Position numbers and translations under genes: made by a program. From Methanothrix sp. (GTDB lineage: Archaea; Halobacteriota; Methanosarcinia; Methanotrichales; Methanotrichaceae): a stretch of 36,310 nt of DNA. Where the stretch lies: contig JAXGJB010000029.1 of assembly GCA_040770465.1 (NCBI GenBank), forward strand, positions 1 to 36,310, written 5' to 3'. The notes beneath the pieces are model-generated. The model saw only the letters and a list, made by a program, of their open reading frames with translations, searched no databases and was not told where the DNA came from. Of the stretch, positions 1-9,905 are shown piece by piece (the stretch's first letter is position 1; every line of letters starts with the position of its first letter).

Positions 1-1
1 C

Positions 2-622
2 GCCCGTTTTCCAAAGGATCGGATCTACAGCGCTCGGGTGATCACCGGATTTGCGAGGCCCGAAAAAAGCGTCGTCGAGGTCACCGTCCACGCCGACTCG
101 ATCCACATAGGAAGCCTATTCGGCTCCGACCTCGCGCCGATGGCGCCTCTCGCAGAATTGATCACCAGAGGCGGCATCCCCGCCGAGGTCGTCAAGGACG
201 TCGGAAAAGACCTCTGGGCGAAGATGCTCTACAACTGCGCATTGAACCCGCTGGGCGCGATCTTCAATGTTCCCTACGGCGTCCTCGGCGAAGAGCCGTC
301 CTCAAGAGAGATCATGGAGGCGGTGATCGAGGAGATCTTCTCGGTGATGGAGGCGAAGGGCTACAGGACCCACTGGTCCACTCCCAAGGAGTACAAGGCC
401 ATCTTCTACGAGAGGCTCCTCCCCCCGACGGTGAGGCACGAGTCCTCGACCCTCCAGGACATCAGGGCGCAGAAGGCGACGGAGATCGAGGCCCTCAGCG
501 GTGCCGTGGTCCGGCTGGGGCAGGAGGCGGGGGTTCCGACGCCGGTCAACTGGACGCTGTACAAGATGGTGCGTTTCATGGAGGGGAGGAACCTGTCGCA
601 GGGGGAAGGCGGTGAGAGCTGA
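2..622 (+). CDS. panE: 2-dehydropantoate 2-reductase (ketopantoate reductase, ApbA/PanE family), 5'-truncated by the window edge
   Basis: Frame is open from base 2. C-terminal ApbA motifs LWAKMLYNCALNPLGA, SSTLQDI...ATEIEALSGAVVRLG and GVPTPVN. Confidence 0.85.
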   Translation, partial: ARFPKDRIYSARVITGFARPEKSVVEVTVHADSIHIGSLFGSDLAPMAPLAELITRGGIPAEVVKDVGKDLWAKMLYNCALNPLGAIFNVPYGVLGEEPSSREIMEAVIEEIFSVMEAKGYRTHWSTPKEYKAIFYERLLPPTVRHESSTLQDIRAQKATEIEALSGAVVRLGQEAGVPTPVNWTLYKMVRFMEGRNLSQGEGGES

Positions 623-674
623 TGAAACATGCGGAGCTTATCGGCGTTCATAAATTACTTTGGAATAATACTAT

Positions 675-1520
675 TCATTCATCACCATCGTGGTTCATGA
701 TTGCCCTTTTTAGTTGATGAAGGGTTTTCCTAGTGTAGATCATCTCGATCTCACCGTGCTTATTATGCTCAACGATCTTTCTCAGATCACTTATGCGTCT
801 GTACCACCCTATTCCATCAGTCACAAAGAAGAAGCGAGTTTCAGGATCTTTGACCTCAAGAATCTTCAGGATATCTCCCAAAACGTCAGTAAGCTTGCTG
901 CCCGTAGCTTCGTATGCTTTTGCTTCGATGATGATTTTAGGCATTTCACGGGAGGGAATCATGAAGTCGGCCTTTGCAACCTTACCATAACGATTTACGA
1001 AGTTTGTCCTAGCCTCGTAGGGCATACCGCTATCATTATTTACTTCTTTAAGGACCGTCTCAACGGCGTCCTCCAAAGCAGACCCCCTATGTTGGCCGCG
1101 AATCGCCGATCCTCGCATCTGCTTGTATCTTTCGAGAAGAACGTCCTCTAACTTCCATCCTCTGCCGATGTGATACTCGATCGCTTCAATCAAGGCTGAT
1201 TCTATCAGGATCTCTGCAATCGTTTCAGATTGATTCCGACATTTATGTCTAATAGTTCTGAAATCACCCTTGATTCCATTAGCTCTAAAAATATTAAGCA
1301 GAATATCTTGTGAAATGTCGAGGAATAGCCGAAAAACATCTAAAGCGTAGTCTTCCTCAACTAGCAAGCCCTCAATCACTTTTTGGTTTATTGCGGACCG
1401 TTCCAGCTGGTCGATCACCCTCGGAGTTGTTTCAAGGACCCATTCAGCGGTTTCATCCATCCACTCCACGTTGATCGGTTCAATCTGTTCTAGAAGCTCC
1501 TCCAAAGTTATCTGCGTCAT
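675..1520 (-). CDS. DpnII-family type II restriction endonuclease (PD-(D/E)XK)
   Basis: KADFMIP...IIIEAKAY catalytic motif followed by GSKL and FVTDGIGW, typical of DpnII/MboI-like enzymes. ATG at 1520 lies 8 nt after the MTase stop. Lower GC than the flanks. Confidence 0.7.
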   Translation of the reverse strand: MTQITLEELLEQIEPINVEWMDETAEWVLETTPRVIDQLERSAINQKVIEGLLVEEDYALDVFRLFLDISQDILLNIFRANGIKGDFRTIRHKCRNQSETIAEILIESALIEAIEYHIGRGWKLEDVLLERYKQMRGSAIRGQHRGSALEDAVETVLKEVNNDSGMPYEARTNFVNRYGKVAKADFMIPSREMPKIIIEAKAYEATGSKLTDVLGDILKILEVKDPETRFFFVTDGIGWYRRISDLRKIVEHNKHGEIEMIYTRKTLHQLKRAIMNHDGDE

Positions 1521-1527
1521 TATGTTG

Positions 1528-2460
1528 CTACTCCATGGATTCTCGAACCCGGTATTCAGCATGGGAAATGTCGATTTTAACTTTCCTGTCGACCAGTCTG
1601 AGCTGGTTCAATCCCAAACGCTGATGGATGACCGGAATCAGATCTTCATTGATCTCGTATCCTATGCTATTTCTCCCTAAATTGATGGCTGCCAACGTCG
1701 TGGTTCCGGATCCGGCAAAGGGATCCAGAACCGTATCCCCAACAAAAGAATACATGCGAATGAGTCGGAGGGGTATCTCTTCTGGAAATACTGCCTCATG
1801 TCCTTTGAACCATTCGGTCTCGGTCTCAACCCGCCAGATCCTCTGGACGTATTGTCTCCACGTCTCCTTGTCCAATTTGCTTATTTTTTTCATAGCGGGG
1901 TCCAACTTCCGCTTTCCTGGCTTCTTCAAAATGAATATATATTCAAAATATACATTGTTGTAGATCGACGCAGGATAGGGATAGGAACCCAGAAGTGGCC
2001 CCCCGAAGTTTCGATTAAATCCTTTATCCCAGATGAAGGTGTCAAAAAGACGGAAACCCAGATCGTGTGACAACATCAAAAGATCTCCGGATATGGGAAC
2101 CCGGTACAGTCCGTTCTCATCATCATAAAAATACTTGCTCCGTATATCAGCAACATTGAGACAGAAACGCCCATCCGGGACAAGTACGCGCCAAACCTCC
2201 TTGAAGACGTCTTGGATCATATCTCTGTAAGACCCATAATCAAAAGGCTGCCCCTTTTTCATGAGTGTGGTTACATAAGGTGGACTTGTGACGACACAAT
2301 GGACCGATTCATCCGGCACCTCTTTCATGTGCCGAGAATTTCCTATATAAATATTATGATAAGTTGGAATATCGTAATCCGATGAATCGCCCTCAGATAC
2401 TTCCGTCACCATCCCCGCCCAATCGCATTCTTCTTCACTTTTGACTTTCACTCGCTTCAC
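1528..2460 (-). CDS. Site-specific amino-DNA methyltransferase, beta class (N4-C/N6-A family)
   Basis: Catalytic VVTSPPY precedes the SAM-binding VLDPFAGSGTT...GYEIN (beta-class order), with HEAVFPEEIP. Start uncertain (GTG 2460 or a downstream ATG). Confidence 0.92.
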   Translation of the reverse strand: MKRVKVKSEEECDWAGMVTEVSEGDSSDYDIPTYHNIYIGNSRHMKEVPDESVHCVVTSPPYVTTLMKKGQPFDYGSYRDMIQDVFKEVWRVLVPDGRFCLNVADIRSKYFYDDENGLYRVPISGDLLMLSHDLGFRLFDTFIWDKGFNRNFGGPLLGSYPYPASIYNNVYFEYIFILKKPGKRKLDPAMKKISKLDKETWRQYVQRIWRVETETEWFKGHEAVFPEEIPLRLIRMYSFVGDTVLDPFAGSGTTTLAAINLGRNSIGYEINEDLIPVIHQRLGLNQLRLVDRKVKIDISHAEYRVRESME

Positions 2461-2565
2461 TCCAATTAAGATCTAATTTGATCGAGCATATATGAAACCA
2501 CCGCAAGACATTTAAAAGACATTTAATACCGAGTTCGGATCAAAGCGTATCCTCGTAGGGCCAAG

Positions 2566-4326
2566 TCACGCGAATATCAGCCGCCTCGCCCGCATCGTGG
2601 ACAAGTCGAGGTAAGGGACGATCGCCGGGGTGGGCTGGATGTTCATCTTCTTCTGGAAATCGGTCTGCCCCTGCCAGGTGCCGCTGTTTATCGCCGTAAC
2701 CCCCTTGTAGCGGGCCATCCCCACGGTGTGGACGTGGCCGGAGTGGAGGACCGCCGGCGGCCTTTTTATGACCAGGAGGTCCTCCACCTCCGGGGCTATC
2801 GAGACCCGGTTGCCGTAGATGGGGGAGAGGTGCCTTCTCTTCAGCATCTCCACCATCGCCTTCTCCGGCTCGCCGTAAGAGAGCCCCGGTATCTTCAGAA
2901 CCAGGTCGTCTATCGACCGGCCGTGGTAGACGAGCCAGTCAACGCCGCCGAGCCTGAAGGTGGCCGGGTTTCCGACGAAGGTGACGTTCTTCTTGAATAG
3001 GCCCCGAAGGGAATCGGGCAGAGCAGGCTGCGGCTCAGCCTGCCTGACCATATCGTGGTTTCCCGGAGAGATGACGATCTGAATCCGATCGGGGATCTCG
3101 CTCACCAGCTCCGCCGCCCGCTCGTACTGCTCCCAGATGTCCTTTATGGCGAGATCCGCCTCCTGGCCGGGGTAGATCCCGATCCCGTCGACGAGGTCCC
3201 CGGCGATGACGGCATACTTCACCTTCGATGCGATCCCCAGGGGGTCGTCCGTCTCCCCCCGGACCCACTCGATGAACCGCTCCCAGGCATCCTCCATGAA
3301 GTAGGTGCTCCCGACGTGGACGTCCGAGAGGAGGAGGGCACCGCCCTCGCCCGTCGCGATGAGAGAACGGGACTGAAGGTCCGGCCGGACCATGGTCTTT
3401 CCGAAGAACCGCCCCTTCCCGTCGGTGGTCCCAGACACCCCGATCACCTCGTCGGAGACGAGGGTCTCCACCTCCTCAGACCCGGGGGCGCCCTTCTGAA
3501 AGATGACCGTCACCATCCCCGTTGGGTCCTCCAGCTCCACCACCCGGTTGCCCTTGGCGCTGGTCCTCACCTCCATCACCATCCCGATGACGGAGATCTC
3601 CCTTCCGGCGACGTCCCTTCTGAGGCTCTCGATGGGCCTTGCGTTCAGCCTCCCCGAGAGGATCTCCCTGATCCGCGAGTACCGATCCCGGAAGTACCTG
3701 ATGAAATCCTGGTACTCCCCGACGCAGGTGGACCTCCCGGTGATGTCGCTCAACCCCTCAAGACAGAACGGCTCCAGAGCGGCTTGTGGTGGTGGGGGTG
3801 AGATGTCGCGGCCATCCGGAGACGATGGCCCGGCGTCGGGACGACCGCGGGCCAAGGGGTCGGAACCCGGGCTGAACTTCCCGGCCCACGCGGGGATGAT
3901 CCGTCCTTCAAGCTCCGGATCGCCGAGACGAACAGGACCGGACGATCCTCGATCCCTTTGAGGCGGAGAGATCCCCACCCTTCCATCGACCGAGATGTCG
4001 GGGCTCTTGTCCTCGGATACCGCGGGTTCAGAAGCCGTCGACGGGGATGATGACTTGGCTTCGCCAAATTTCGCGGGCTGAGGTCGTTTCGACGCGGATC
4101 GGTTCGGATCCGGCGGCGCATTCTGCCCGTCGCCCCCAATGAGCTCAAGCCAGCTCTTGCACCGCCTGACCTCCGAGGCGCCCACCACCAGGGTGGAGCG
4201 CTCAAGCCCCCGGATCACCCCCTCCACCAGCTCGTCGCGGGGCTCCGGACAGGAGGCGATCAGCTCCAGGGCCTCGGGATCTATCATGTACCCCTCCTCG
4301 GCGAACCGCTGAACGATCTCCTGCAT
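2566..4326 (-). CDS. polB: DNA polymerase D small subunit DP1 (proofreading exonuclease)
   Basis: OB fold (ELEDPTG) plus calcineurin-like phosphoesterase motifs LSDVHVGS, AGDLVDGIGIYPGQ, SPGNHD, YHGRSIDD, HSGHVH, NSGTWQGQTDFQ. Confidence 0.95.
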   Translation of the reverse strand: MQEIVQRFAEEGYMIDPEALELIASCPEPRDELVEGVIRGLERSTLVVGASEVRRCKSWLELIGGDGQNAPPDPNRSASKRPQPAKFGEAKSSSPSTASEPAVSEDKSPDISVDGRVGISPPQRDRGSSGPVRLGDPELEGRIIPAWAGKFSPGSDPLARGRPDAGPSSPDGRDISPPPPQAALEPFCLEGLSDITGRSTCVGEYQDFIRYFRDRYSRIREILSGRLNARPIESLRRDVAGREISVIGMVMEVRTSAKGNRVVELEDPTGMVTVIFQKGAPGSEEVETLVSDEVIGVSGTTDGKGRFFGKTMVRPDLQSRSLIATGEGGALLLSDVHVGSTYFMEDAWERFIEWVRGETDDPLGIASKVKYAVIAGDLVDGIGIYPGQEADLAIKDIWEQYERAAELVSEIPDRIQIVISPGNHDMVRQAEPQPALPDSLRGLFKKNVTFVGNPATFRLGGVDWLVYHGRSIDDLVLKIPGLSYGEPEKAMVEMLKRRHLSPIYGNRVSIAPEVEDLLVIKRPPAVLHSGHVHTVGMARYKGVTAINSGTWQGQTDFQKKMNIQPTPAIVPYLDLSTMRARRLIFA

Positions 4327-4430
4327 CAACGGGCATTATGTCCAGAGCCTTAGATAAAGGGCGCAGGTTCCCTCCCTCGGGGATACGACCGAAAACGATT
4401 ATATCGGTCGGGTGCTGATAAGCCAGTCCG

Positions 4431-5207
4431 ATGAAACTTGTAGAGTGGCTCAAGGGCGAGGGGCAGGTCCAGGGCTTCCTCCGGGATCTGATATTCGTAG
4501 CCGTGGTGGTGGGCGGGATCTCGATATTATCTCAGGTGACCCTGGGAGTCTGGACCCCCATGGTGGCGGTGGAGTCAGGGAGCATGTACCCCAACATGAA
4601 GGTGGGGGACATAATCGTAATTCAGGGCGCCTCGCGAACCGACGTCGTCACCTGGGAGGAGGGGGCGGCTGAGAATTACACCACCTTCAAAAACCCCGGA
4701 AACGTCATCCTCTACAGGCCCTACGGCAAGGATAAGCTGACCCTCACCGACCAGGCCGCTCACATCCTCCTCAGAAGGCCCTATCCCCCCGACAAGGCCA
4801 CTCCCGTCATCCACCGGGCTATGCGGTGGGTCGACGAGGGCGAGCCGATGTGGGAAGGGGGACCTGCTGCACCCTTTGCAGGCTACATCACAAAAGGCGA
4901 CAACAACTCCGAGATCGACCAGAACGCAGGCCAGCTTCTGGGCGTCGTCAAGGAGGAGTACTTCAACGAGCAGATGGCCAAGGGGATGATCGAGGAGGTG
5001 GGGAAAGGGACCTATCTCGACCATGAGACAGGCTACGTCTTCATCAACCGGGGGAACGAGACCTACGTCATCTTCGGGATCAACTACCTGATGCCGGTCG
5101 ACGAAGACTGGGTGATAGGGGTCGCAAAATTCAGGATCCCGGTCGTCGGATACGTGAGGCTCCTTCCGAACATAATCGGAAACGAGATAAGAGATCTTCT
5201 GAGCTGA
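4431..5207 (+). CDS. Archaeal signal peptidase I (S26B/SEC11-type)
   Basis: N-terminal transmembrane helix; VESGSMYP (catalytic Ser), VIHRA (His), YITKGDNN. Confidence 0.9.
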   Translation: MKLVEWLKGEGQVQGFLRDLIFVAVVVGGISILSQVTLGVWTPMVAVESGSMYPNMKVGDIIVIQGASRTDVVTWEEGAAENYTTFKNPGNVILYRPYGKDKLTLTDQAAHILLRRPYPPDKATPVIHRAMRWVDEGEPMWEGGPAAPFAGYITKGDNNSEIDQNAGQLLGVVKEEYFNEQMAKGMIEEVGKGTYLDHETGYVFINRGNETYVIFGINYLMPVDEDWVIGVAKFRIPVVGYVRLLPNIIGNEIRDLLS

Positions 5208-5269
5208 TTCGGGCGGGAGCCGCGGGCGGCGCAGCGAAGAGGTCGACGGTCATACCAAGACCGAAGAGG

Positions 5270-6046
5270 TTAATCCCGCCTCTTCGCCACCACAGCCCAG
5301 TGGTCCTGATGAAATGGTCGGAGGTCGGCAACGGAGATCAGATCGACCCCCTCAAGCCGCTCAATCTCCTCTCTTGCCACCTCTTTTGGGTCCCCCGTCA
5401 CGTCGACGCTCCTCGCCTTGATCATCAATACCAGCGTTCCTCCGGGCTTCAGGTAACGGGCGACGTTTCTATTTGCGATCTCCGCCTGGTTTCTCTGGGC
5501 GACGTCCTGGTACACCAGGTCCACAGGCTCGAGAAACGGGGCGTACCTCTCGGGATGAAAGGCGTCTTCTAAAATTGGTATGATGTTATCGCGAGCCAGG
5601 CAGAGACCGAGAAGGTCGCGCATCGCCCGAGGCGAGAACTCCACGGCGTAGACGAGGCCGCGAGGCAATAGGTCGCTGACGTGGCTTGGGGTCGTCCCGG
5701 TGGCTGCACCGAGATAAAGGACCCGAGAGTCGGGGGATAGGTTCAGATCATCGACAAGGCCGCCGAGGCCGCCTGCGAAATGGCTCTTGACGATGAGGGC
5801 GGCGAGCTTGCTTCGGTGAGGGTCCCAAATCCTGAGCCCCTCGACGATCCTCTCCCCGTAAACTGGAACGGGAACTTTGGGACGGGTCGCTATCCTCGTC
5901 TCGCCGAAGAGATCGAGTACGTGGATTCCGGAGAGACGATCCGAAACTCGCCGGTTCAAATCAGCACCATCTTCGACCTTCGACCCGTCTGCCTCGCAAA
6001 TTTTGTGATCTTCTTTCATCGGTGCTTGCTCGGCTGGATGGTTCAA
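5270..6046 (-). CDS. flpA: Fibrillarin-like rRNA/tRNA 2'-O-methyltransferase
   Basis: [55 protein letters not shown]. Start TTG 6046 or ATG 6019. Confidence 0.95.
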   Translation of the reverse strand: MNHPAEQAPMKEDHKICEADGSKVEDGADLNRRVSDRLSGIHVLDLFGETRIATRPKVPVPVYGERIVEGLRIWDPHRSKLAALIVKSHFAGGLGGLVDDLNLSPDSRVLYLGAATGTTPSHVSDLLPRGLVYAVEFSPRAMRDLLGLCLARDNIIPILEDAFHPERYAPFLEPVDLVYQDVAQRNQAEIANRNVARYLKPGGTLVLMIKARSVDVTGDPKEVAREEIERLEGVDLISVADLRPFHQDHWAVVAKRRD

Positions 6047-6465
6047 AGCTCAGTGCCGAGAGAGGTGGTGGTCAGCTTAACGTGCTTTACTCCCTTGAGG
6101 GCCATCATCTTCTCTGCGGCCTTTCGGACCTCCTGCCCCTCGCCCCTGAGGGTCACTATCTCAAGGCAGTTTTCGTGGTCCAGATGAACGTGAAGGGTGG
6201 ACTGGATTATGTCAACAAACTCGTGCTGGATGTTGGTGAGGGAGTCCACAAGCCCTCGCTGGTGATGGGAGTAGACCATGGTGATGACGCCTACCCTTTC
6301 CCCCTTGACGTCGCTCATCCACTCGTAGTGGACTATGTAATTTCTGATGGCGTCCCTTATCCCCTCAGACCGGGAGGAGTAGCCCCTCTGCTCGATGATG
6401 CCGTCGAACCTGGTCAGGAGCGATTCCGGAAGCGAGACCCCTATTCTCATCAGTTCCTGTTCCAT
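6043..6465 (-). CDS. nikR: Nickel-responsive transcriptional regulator NikR
   Basis: Ribbon-helix-helix N-terminus RIGVSL...[11 protein letters not shown]; Ni ligands [14 protein letters not shown]. Confidence 0.95.
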   Translation of the reverse strand: MEQELMRIGVSLPESLLTRFDGIIEQRGYSSRSEGIRDAIRNYIVHYEWMSDVKGERVGVITMVYSHHQRGLVDSLTNIQHEFVDIIQSTLHVHLDHENCLEIVTLRGEGQEVRKAAEKMMALKGVKHVKLTTTSLGTEL

Positions 6466-6659
6466 AAATACCACCTATTACGGGGATTATAGTCATATAT
6501 AGTAATAAATCTATTGGCGTCGATTCTGAATAAATAGGACAAAGTCGGGGATCGGAGGAGAGATGACGTGGAGAGGAGATCACAGATAGTTGGAAAAAAA
6601 CAAACGGCGTTGAGAGGGGCATAAAGCTTTAGACCGATTCCAGAAAAGAGCCTTCTTGA

Positions 6660-7223
6660 ATGCCAGATATTGCGATCATCGGCGAGAAGACCTTCCTCTT
6701 CGAGAAGCTTCTGGAGGAGGCCGGAAGGGAGCACACTTTCGTCAAGCCCGAGGTCCTGGGAAGCCCCTTTCTTCCCCGGTTCAGGATGGTGGTGATACCC
6801 ACGGGCTTTGCAAACCCCCAGTACTCCAAGACCCTTCCCGCCCTCAAGGCCTGCAAATCCAAGATTGCGGAGTTTCTGAAGAGGGGCGGGATCGTCACCG
6901 TCTTCGGCCCCCTGGTCCCCGAGCACGAGTACGACTGGCTCCCCCTCCCCCTCAAGTACGTAGGCGATTACGGAAGTACTGATCTCGTCCCGGCCTCCGA
7001 CCACCCCTGCTCCTGCCTCTTCGGCGCCAAGACCGCCGAATGCGACGGCTACCTCGTCCCAGGGGAGGGCTTTGAGACGATCCTGAAGGACGCCATAGGA
7101 AGGGCGGTTCTCGCCGTCGGAAAGTACGGTCGCGGCAAGATCGTCGCCACCACCATCCACGAGTTCCCGTCGGCGGAGTACCTCTGCTGGGCCGCCGGAG
7201 AGGGGGAGCCCGCCAAGATCTGA
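6660..7223 (+). CDS. Hypothetical protein, possible class I glutamine amidotransferase-like fold
   Basis: Host-like codon usage; VVIPTGF...FLKRGG...YGRGKIVATTIHE pattern. Fold is an inference. Confidence 0.6.
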   Translation: MPDIAIIGEKTFLFEKLLEEAGREHTFVKPEVLGSPFLPRFRMVVIPTGFANPQYSKTLPALKACKSKIAEFLKRGGIVTVFGPLVPEHEYDWLPLPLKYVGDYGSTDLVPASDHPCSCLFGAKTAECDGYLVPGEGFETILKDAIGRAVLAVGKYGRGKIVATTIHEFPSAEYLCWAAGEGEPAKI

Positions 7224-7234
7224 AGAGAGATGAG

Positions 7235-7609
7235 ATGGGAGAAGAAATGTCGATGGAAGAACACGAGGAAGGCGACGAAGTAAAGGAAATGGGAGAAGGC
7301 AACGAAGGAAGGGAAGAAGAGGAAGGAGAGGACGAGCTCGATGAGGCCGCTGTCGACGAGATCTTCCGAGAGATGGAGGCCCTCGGCGCGCGAAAGAGGA
7401 GCAGGCGGCGCGAAGAGATCGAAGCCGCCCTGAAAGCGGCGATGAGCCGGCCCGACGCGGGAACGGGCGCCCTCATCCTCCTCAACCTCGACGATGGCGA
7501 GTGCCTATCCTTCGACGGCTACCCCGAGGCCCTGGAACACATGAGAAAGCATAAGGGGAGGTGGTACCTGGCACCGAGGGGGATCGACCGGGAGGCGATC
7601 GGAAGGTGA
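7235..7609 (+). CDS. Hypothetical protein with highly acidic N-terminus
   Basis: ATG 11 nt after the previous stop on the same strand; Glu-rich N-terminus and a globular-looking C-terminus. Confidence 0.55.
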   Translation: MGEEMSMEEHEEGDEVKEMGEGNEGREEEEGEDELDEAAVDEIFREMEALGARKRSRRREEIEAALKAAMSRPDAGTGALILLNLDDGECLSFDGYPEALEHMRKHKGRWYLAPRGIDREAIGR

Positions 7610-7695
7610 CCTCGCCGGCGAGGGGAAGACCGCCCGATCTCTGTGGAGCATCGCGGAACGCGCAAAAAAGTCGGCTATAAGATGAGTGAAATAAT

Positions 7696-8145
7696 ATGAG
7701 GAAGTTTCATTTGATCGCAAGAGCCGTGATATTAAACAGCAATAACGTTTTATTGGCCCGTCAGAAGGGAATGAGCAACACATTTCTTCCAGGAGGTCAT
7801 ATAAATATCGGCGAAAGTGCCGTCACCGCCCTGAAACGAGAGATAGACGAGGAGCTCGGCCTGGAGTTAGACGTAGAGGGATACCTGGGAGCTGTGGAGG
7901 CGGGCTGGCAAGATGGCGGCGTAGAACATTTTGAGATAAATCACATATTTAAGGCCGGCATAAAGGGGGAAAGTTTCAGTTCACCTCTGGAATCCCAGGA
8001 AGACCATTTAGAGTTTTTGTGGTCGTCGGTAGATGATTTATACGCGAACGACCTGTTGCCCCACCCACTTAAGAGACTGATCGCGAATTACGCGGCAGGA
8101 GATAGGTCGATCTGGTGGGAAAGCACGCTCGTCGATCACGAATAA
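7696..8145 (+). CDS. NUDIX hydrolase
   Basis: Nudix box PGGHINIGESAVTALKREIDEELGL. Confidence 0.92.
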   Translation: MRKFHLIARAVILNSNNVLLARQKGMSNTFLPGGHINIGESAVTALKREIDEELGLELDVEGYLGAVEAGWQDGGVEHFEINHIFKAGIKGESFSSPLESQEDHLEFLWSSVDDLYANDLLPHPLKRLIANYAAGDRSIWWESTLVDHE

Positions 8146-8247
8146 CGCATCAAAAAATATGCTGGCTGCGATCGACGTTCTTCAGACGCCGACGATAGGC
8201 CAGATTTGATTCAAAGTGCCCTTTTATCACATGAAAATCGAATTGCT

Positions 8248-8838
8248 TTAACCCTTATCCCCGCGACCATGTTCCCGCACTTCCTTCTGGAGCCGTTCCA
8301 TCCAGCCGGGAACCCTAACCCCTTCTTGGGGATGAGAGTCCTTGACGTAAGGCTTGATATCGACGACGGGGCTTCCGTCGACGGCGTCGAGGCCAGCCAC
8401 CTCCAGCACGTTCTCTCTTCGTACGCAGAGCTTGACCACGGTCATGAGCACCGGATTCGGCCGAGCGGGGCTGCAGGTAGAGAAGATGCCCACCTCGGGA
8501 ATATCCCTTCTCCCCATGGGATGGACCCTGGTCAGAGATCGGCCCTCTTCTGTTACTTTATGCGCCCAATAAAGGACCACGAGATGAGAGTACTCTTTGA
8601 TGCCGTCTAGTATGTCGACCAGACTTTCGTCGATGACGATCTCTGAGATCGACTGTCTCAGCTCACGAACGTGATCCATGGTGGAGTCGAACTCGCCCCG
8701 CATCTCCAGGCCCGCGCCTCCGGCCACCAGGAAAGGCTCTTCGATCCTGTTTTTGATGAAACCCACAGGTCGCAGCGTCATCTCGATCGGCGTTCTCAAA
8801 TCGGGTTGTTCGCTGTCTATCTCGTTATTTTCGCTCAA
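8248..8838 (-). CDS. tsaA: TrmO/TsaA-family SAM-binding protein (tRNA m6t6A37 methyltransferase-like)
   Basis: GIKEYSHLVVLYWAH, GIFSTCSPARPNP, GLDAVDGSPVVDIKPY. Confidence 0.85.
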   Translation of the reverse strand: MSENNEIDSEQPDLRTPIEMTLRPVGFIKNRIEEPFLVAGGAGLEMRGEFDSTMDHVRELRQSISEIVIDESLVDILDGIKEYSHLVVLYWAHKVTEEGRSLTRVHPMGRRDIPEVGIFSTCSPARPNPVLMTVVKLCVRRENVLEVAGLDAVDGSPVVDIKPYVKDSHPQEGVRVPGWMERLQKEVREHGRGDKG

Positions 8839-9046
8839 TGTTGTGCCTCCGTTCGGACAATATTTCGCTCGATCGCCGGTTTTGTCGATGCCGATACATG
8901 TACCATTGGGTCAGATATTCACTTTTCGTATGTTCTGAATCTTGCATTTTACTTACGAGAATTATTCGACCGCATCCCCAAGCGGCCCACCAGTCGCGGC
9001 CGTCAGATCAAAGAGATTTTCTCCCATGGGCACAAAGAAGCTGCCC

Positions 9047-9814
9047 ATGAAATCCTTCGTCCTCTCCCCTGCAGCAGGAAAGCGGCTTATCGCCAAGGCA
9101 CTCGCGACCCATCCCGCCGTCGAAGAGGCCCTGAAATCCGGAACCGTCGTCATCGTCGCCGGGACCACCAACGGCTACGTCGCAGAAGAGATCCTGGATA
9201 GAATCGGCCAGGCTGAAGGCTTCTCGCGGAAGAGGTTCTTCCGGGGGATCACCCCCCCGGCGTGGGTCCCCACCAACGAGGCCGGGATGCTCCCCGACAT
9301 GTCCGACTTCCCCGGAGACGTGGTAATACGAAAGGGGGTATGGCAGCGGGGGAAGACTATCCTCAACGTCGTCGACGACCTGGAGGAAGGCGACGTCATC
9401 CTGAAGGGCGCGAACGCCCTCGACCCATGGTCCGATCGGGCCGCCGTCCTCATCGGCCACCCGAAGGCCGGGACCATCGGCCTCGCCCTCATGGCGGTCG
9501 TCGGCCGCCGAGTCCGACTGATCCTCCCCGTCGGCCTTGAGAAGCGGGTCTTCGGCGACCTCGACGATCTCGCAAACAAACTGAACGCCCCCGGCGCCGA
9601 GGGGCCGCGTCTCCTTCCCGTCCCCGGCGAGGTCTTCACCGAGATCGAGGCGATCGCTCAATTGTGTGGCGCGAAGGCGGAGCTGGTGGCCGCGGGCGGC
9701 GTCTGTGGCGCCGAGGGGTCGATCTGGCTCGCCGTCGATGGGAGCGAGGAGGAGATGAGGGTGGCTGAGGAGCTGCTGGGGTCTGTGGCGGAGGAGCCGG
9801 GGTTCGAGCTGTGA
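9047..9814 (+). CDS. Conserved hypothetical protein, possible LUD/NagB-RpiA-CoA-transferase-like fold
   Basis: Strong host codon bias from ATG 9047 (ATG 9026 possible); motifs [26 protein letters not shown]. Fold is an inference. Confidence 0.65.
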   Translation: MKSFVLSPAAGKRLIAKALATHPAVEEALKSGTVVIVAGTTNGYVAEEILDRIGQAEGFSRKRFFRGITPPAWVPTNEAGMLPDMSDFPGDVVIRKGVWQRGKTILNVVDDLEEGDVILKGANALDPWSDRAAVLIGHPKAGTIGLALMAVVGRRVRLILPVGLEKRVFGDLDDLANKLNAPGAEGPRLLPVPGEVFTEIEAIAQLCGAKAELVAAGGVCGAEGSIWLAVDGSEEEMRVAEELLGSVAEEPGFEL

Positions 9815-9905
9815 GACGATGGTTTTTAAAGAGGTGAAGAACATCTTGTTTAGCATCCAATTGATAGCTCAGCTGCAGCTTTATTGTTAGGCCAGGAGAT
9901 GAAGA

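Noticed and set aside
3775-4137. Possible intein in DP1
   Set aside because: No intein splice-junction or LAGLIDADG motifs; it is a low-complexity linker.
5208-5269. C/D-box guide RNA near fibrillarin
   Set aside because: No properly ordered RUGAUGA/CUGA pair was found.
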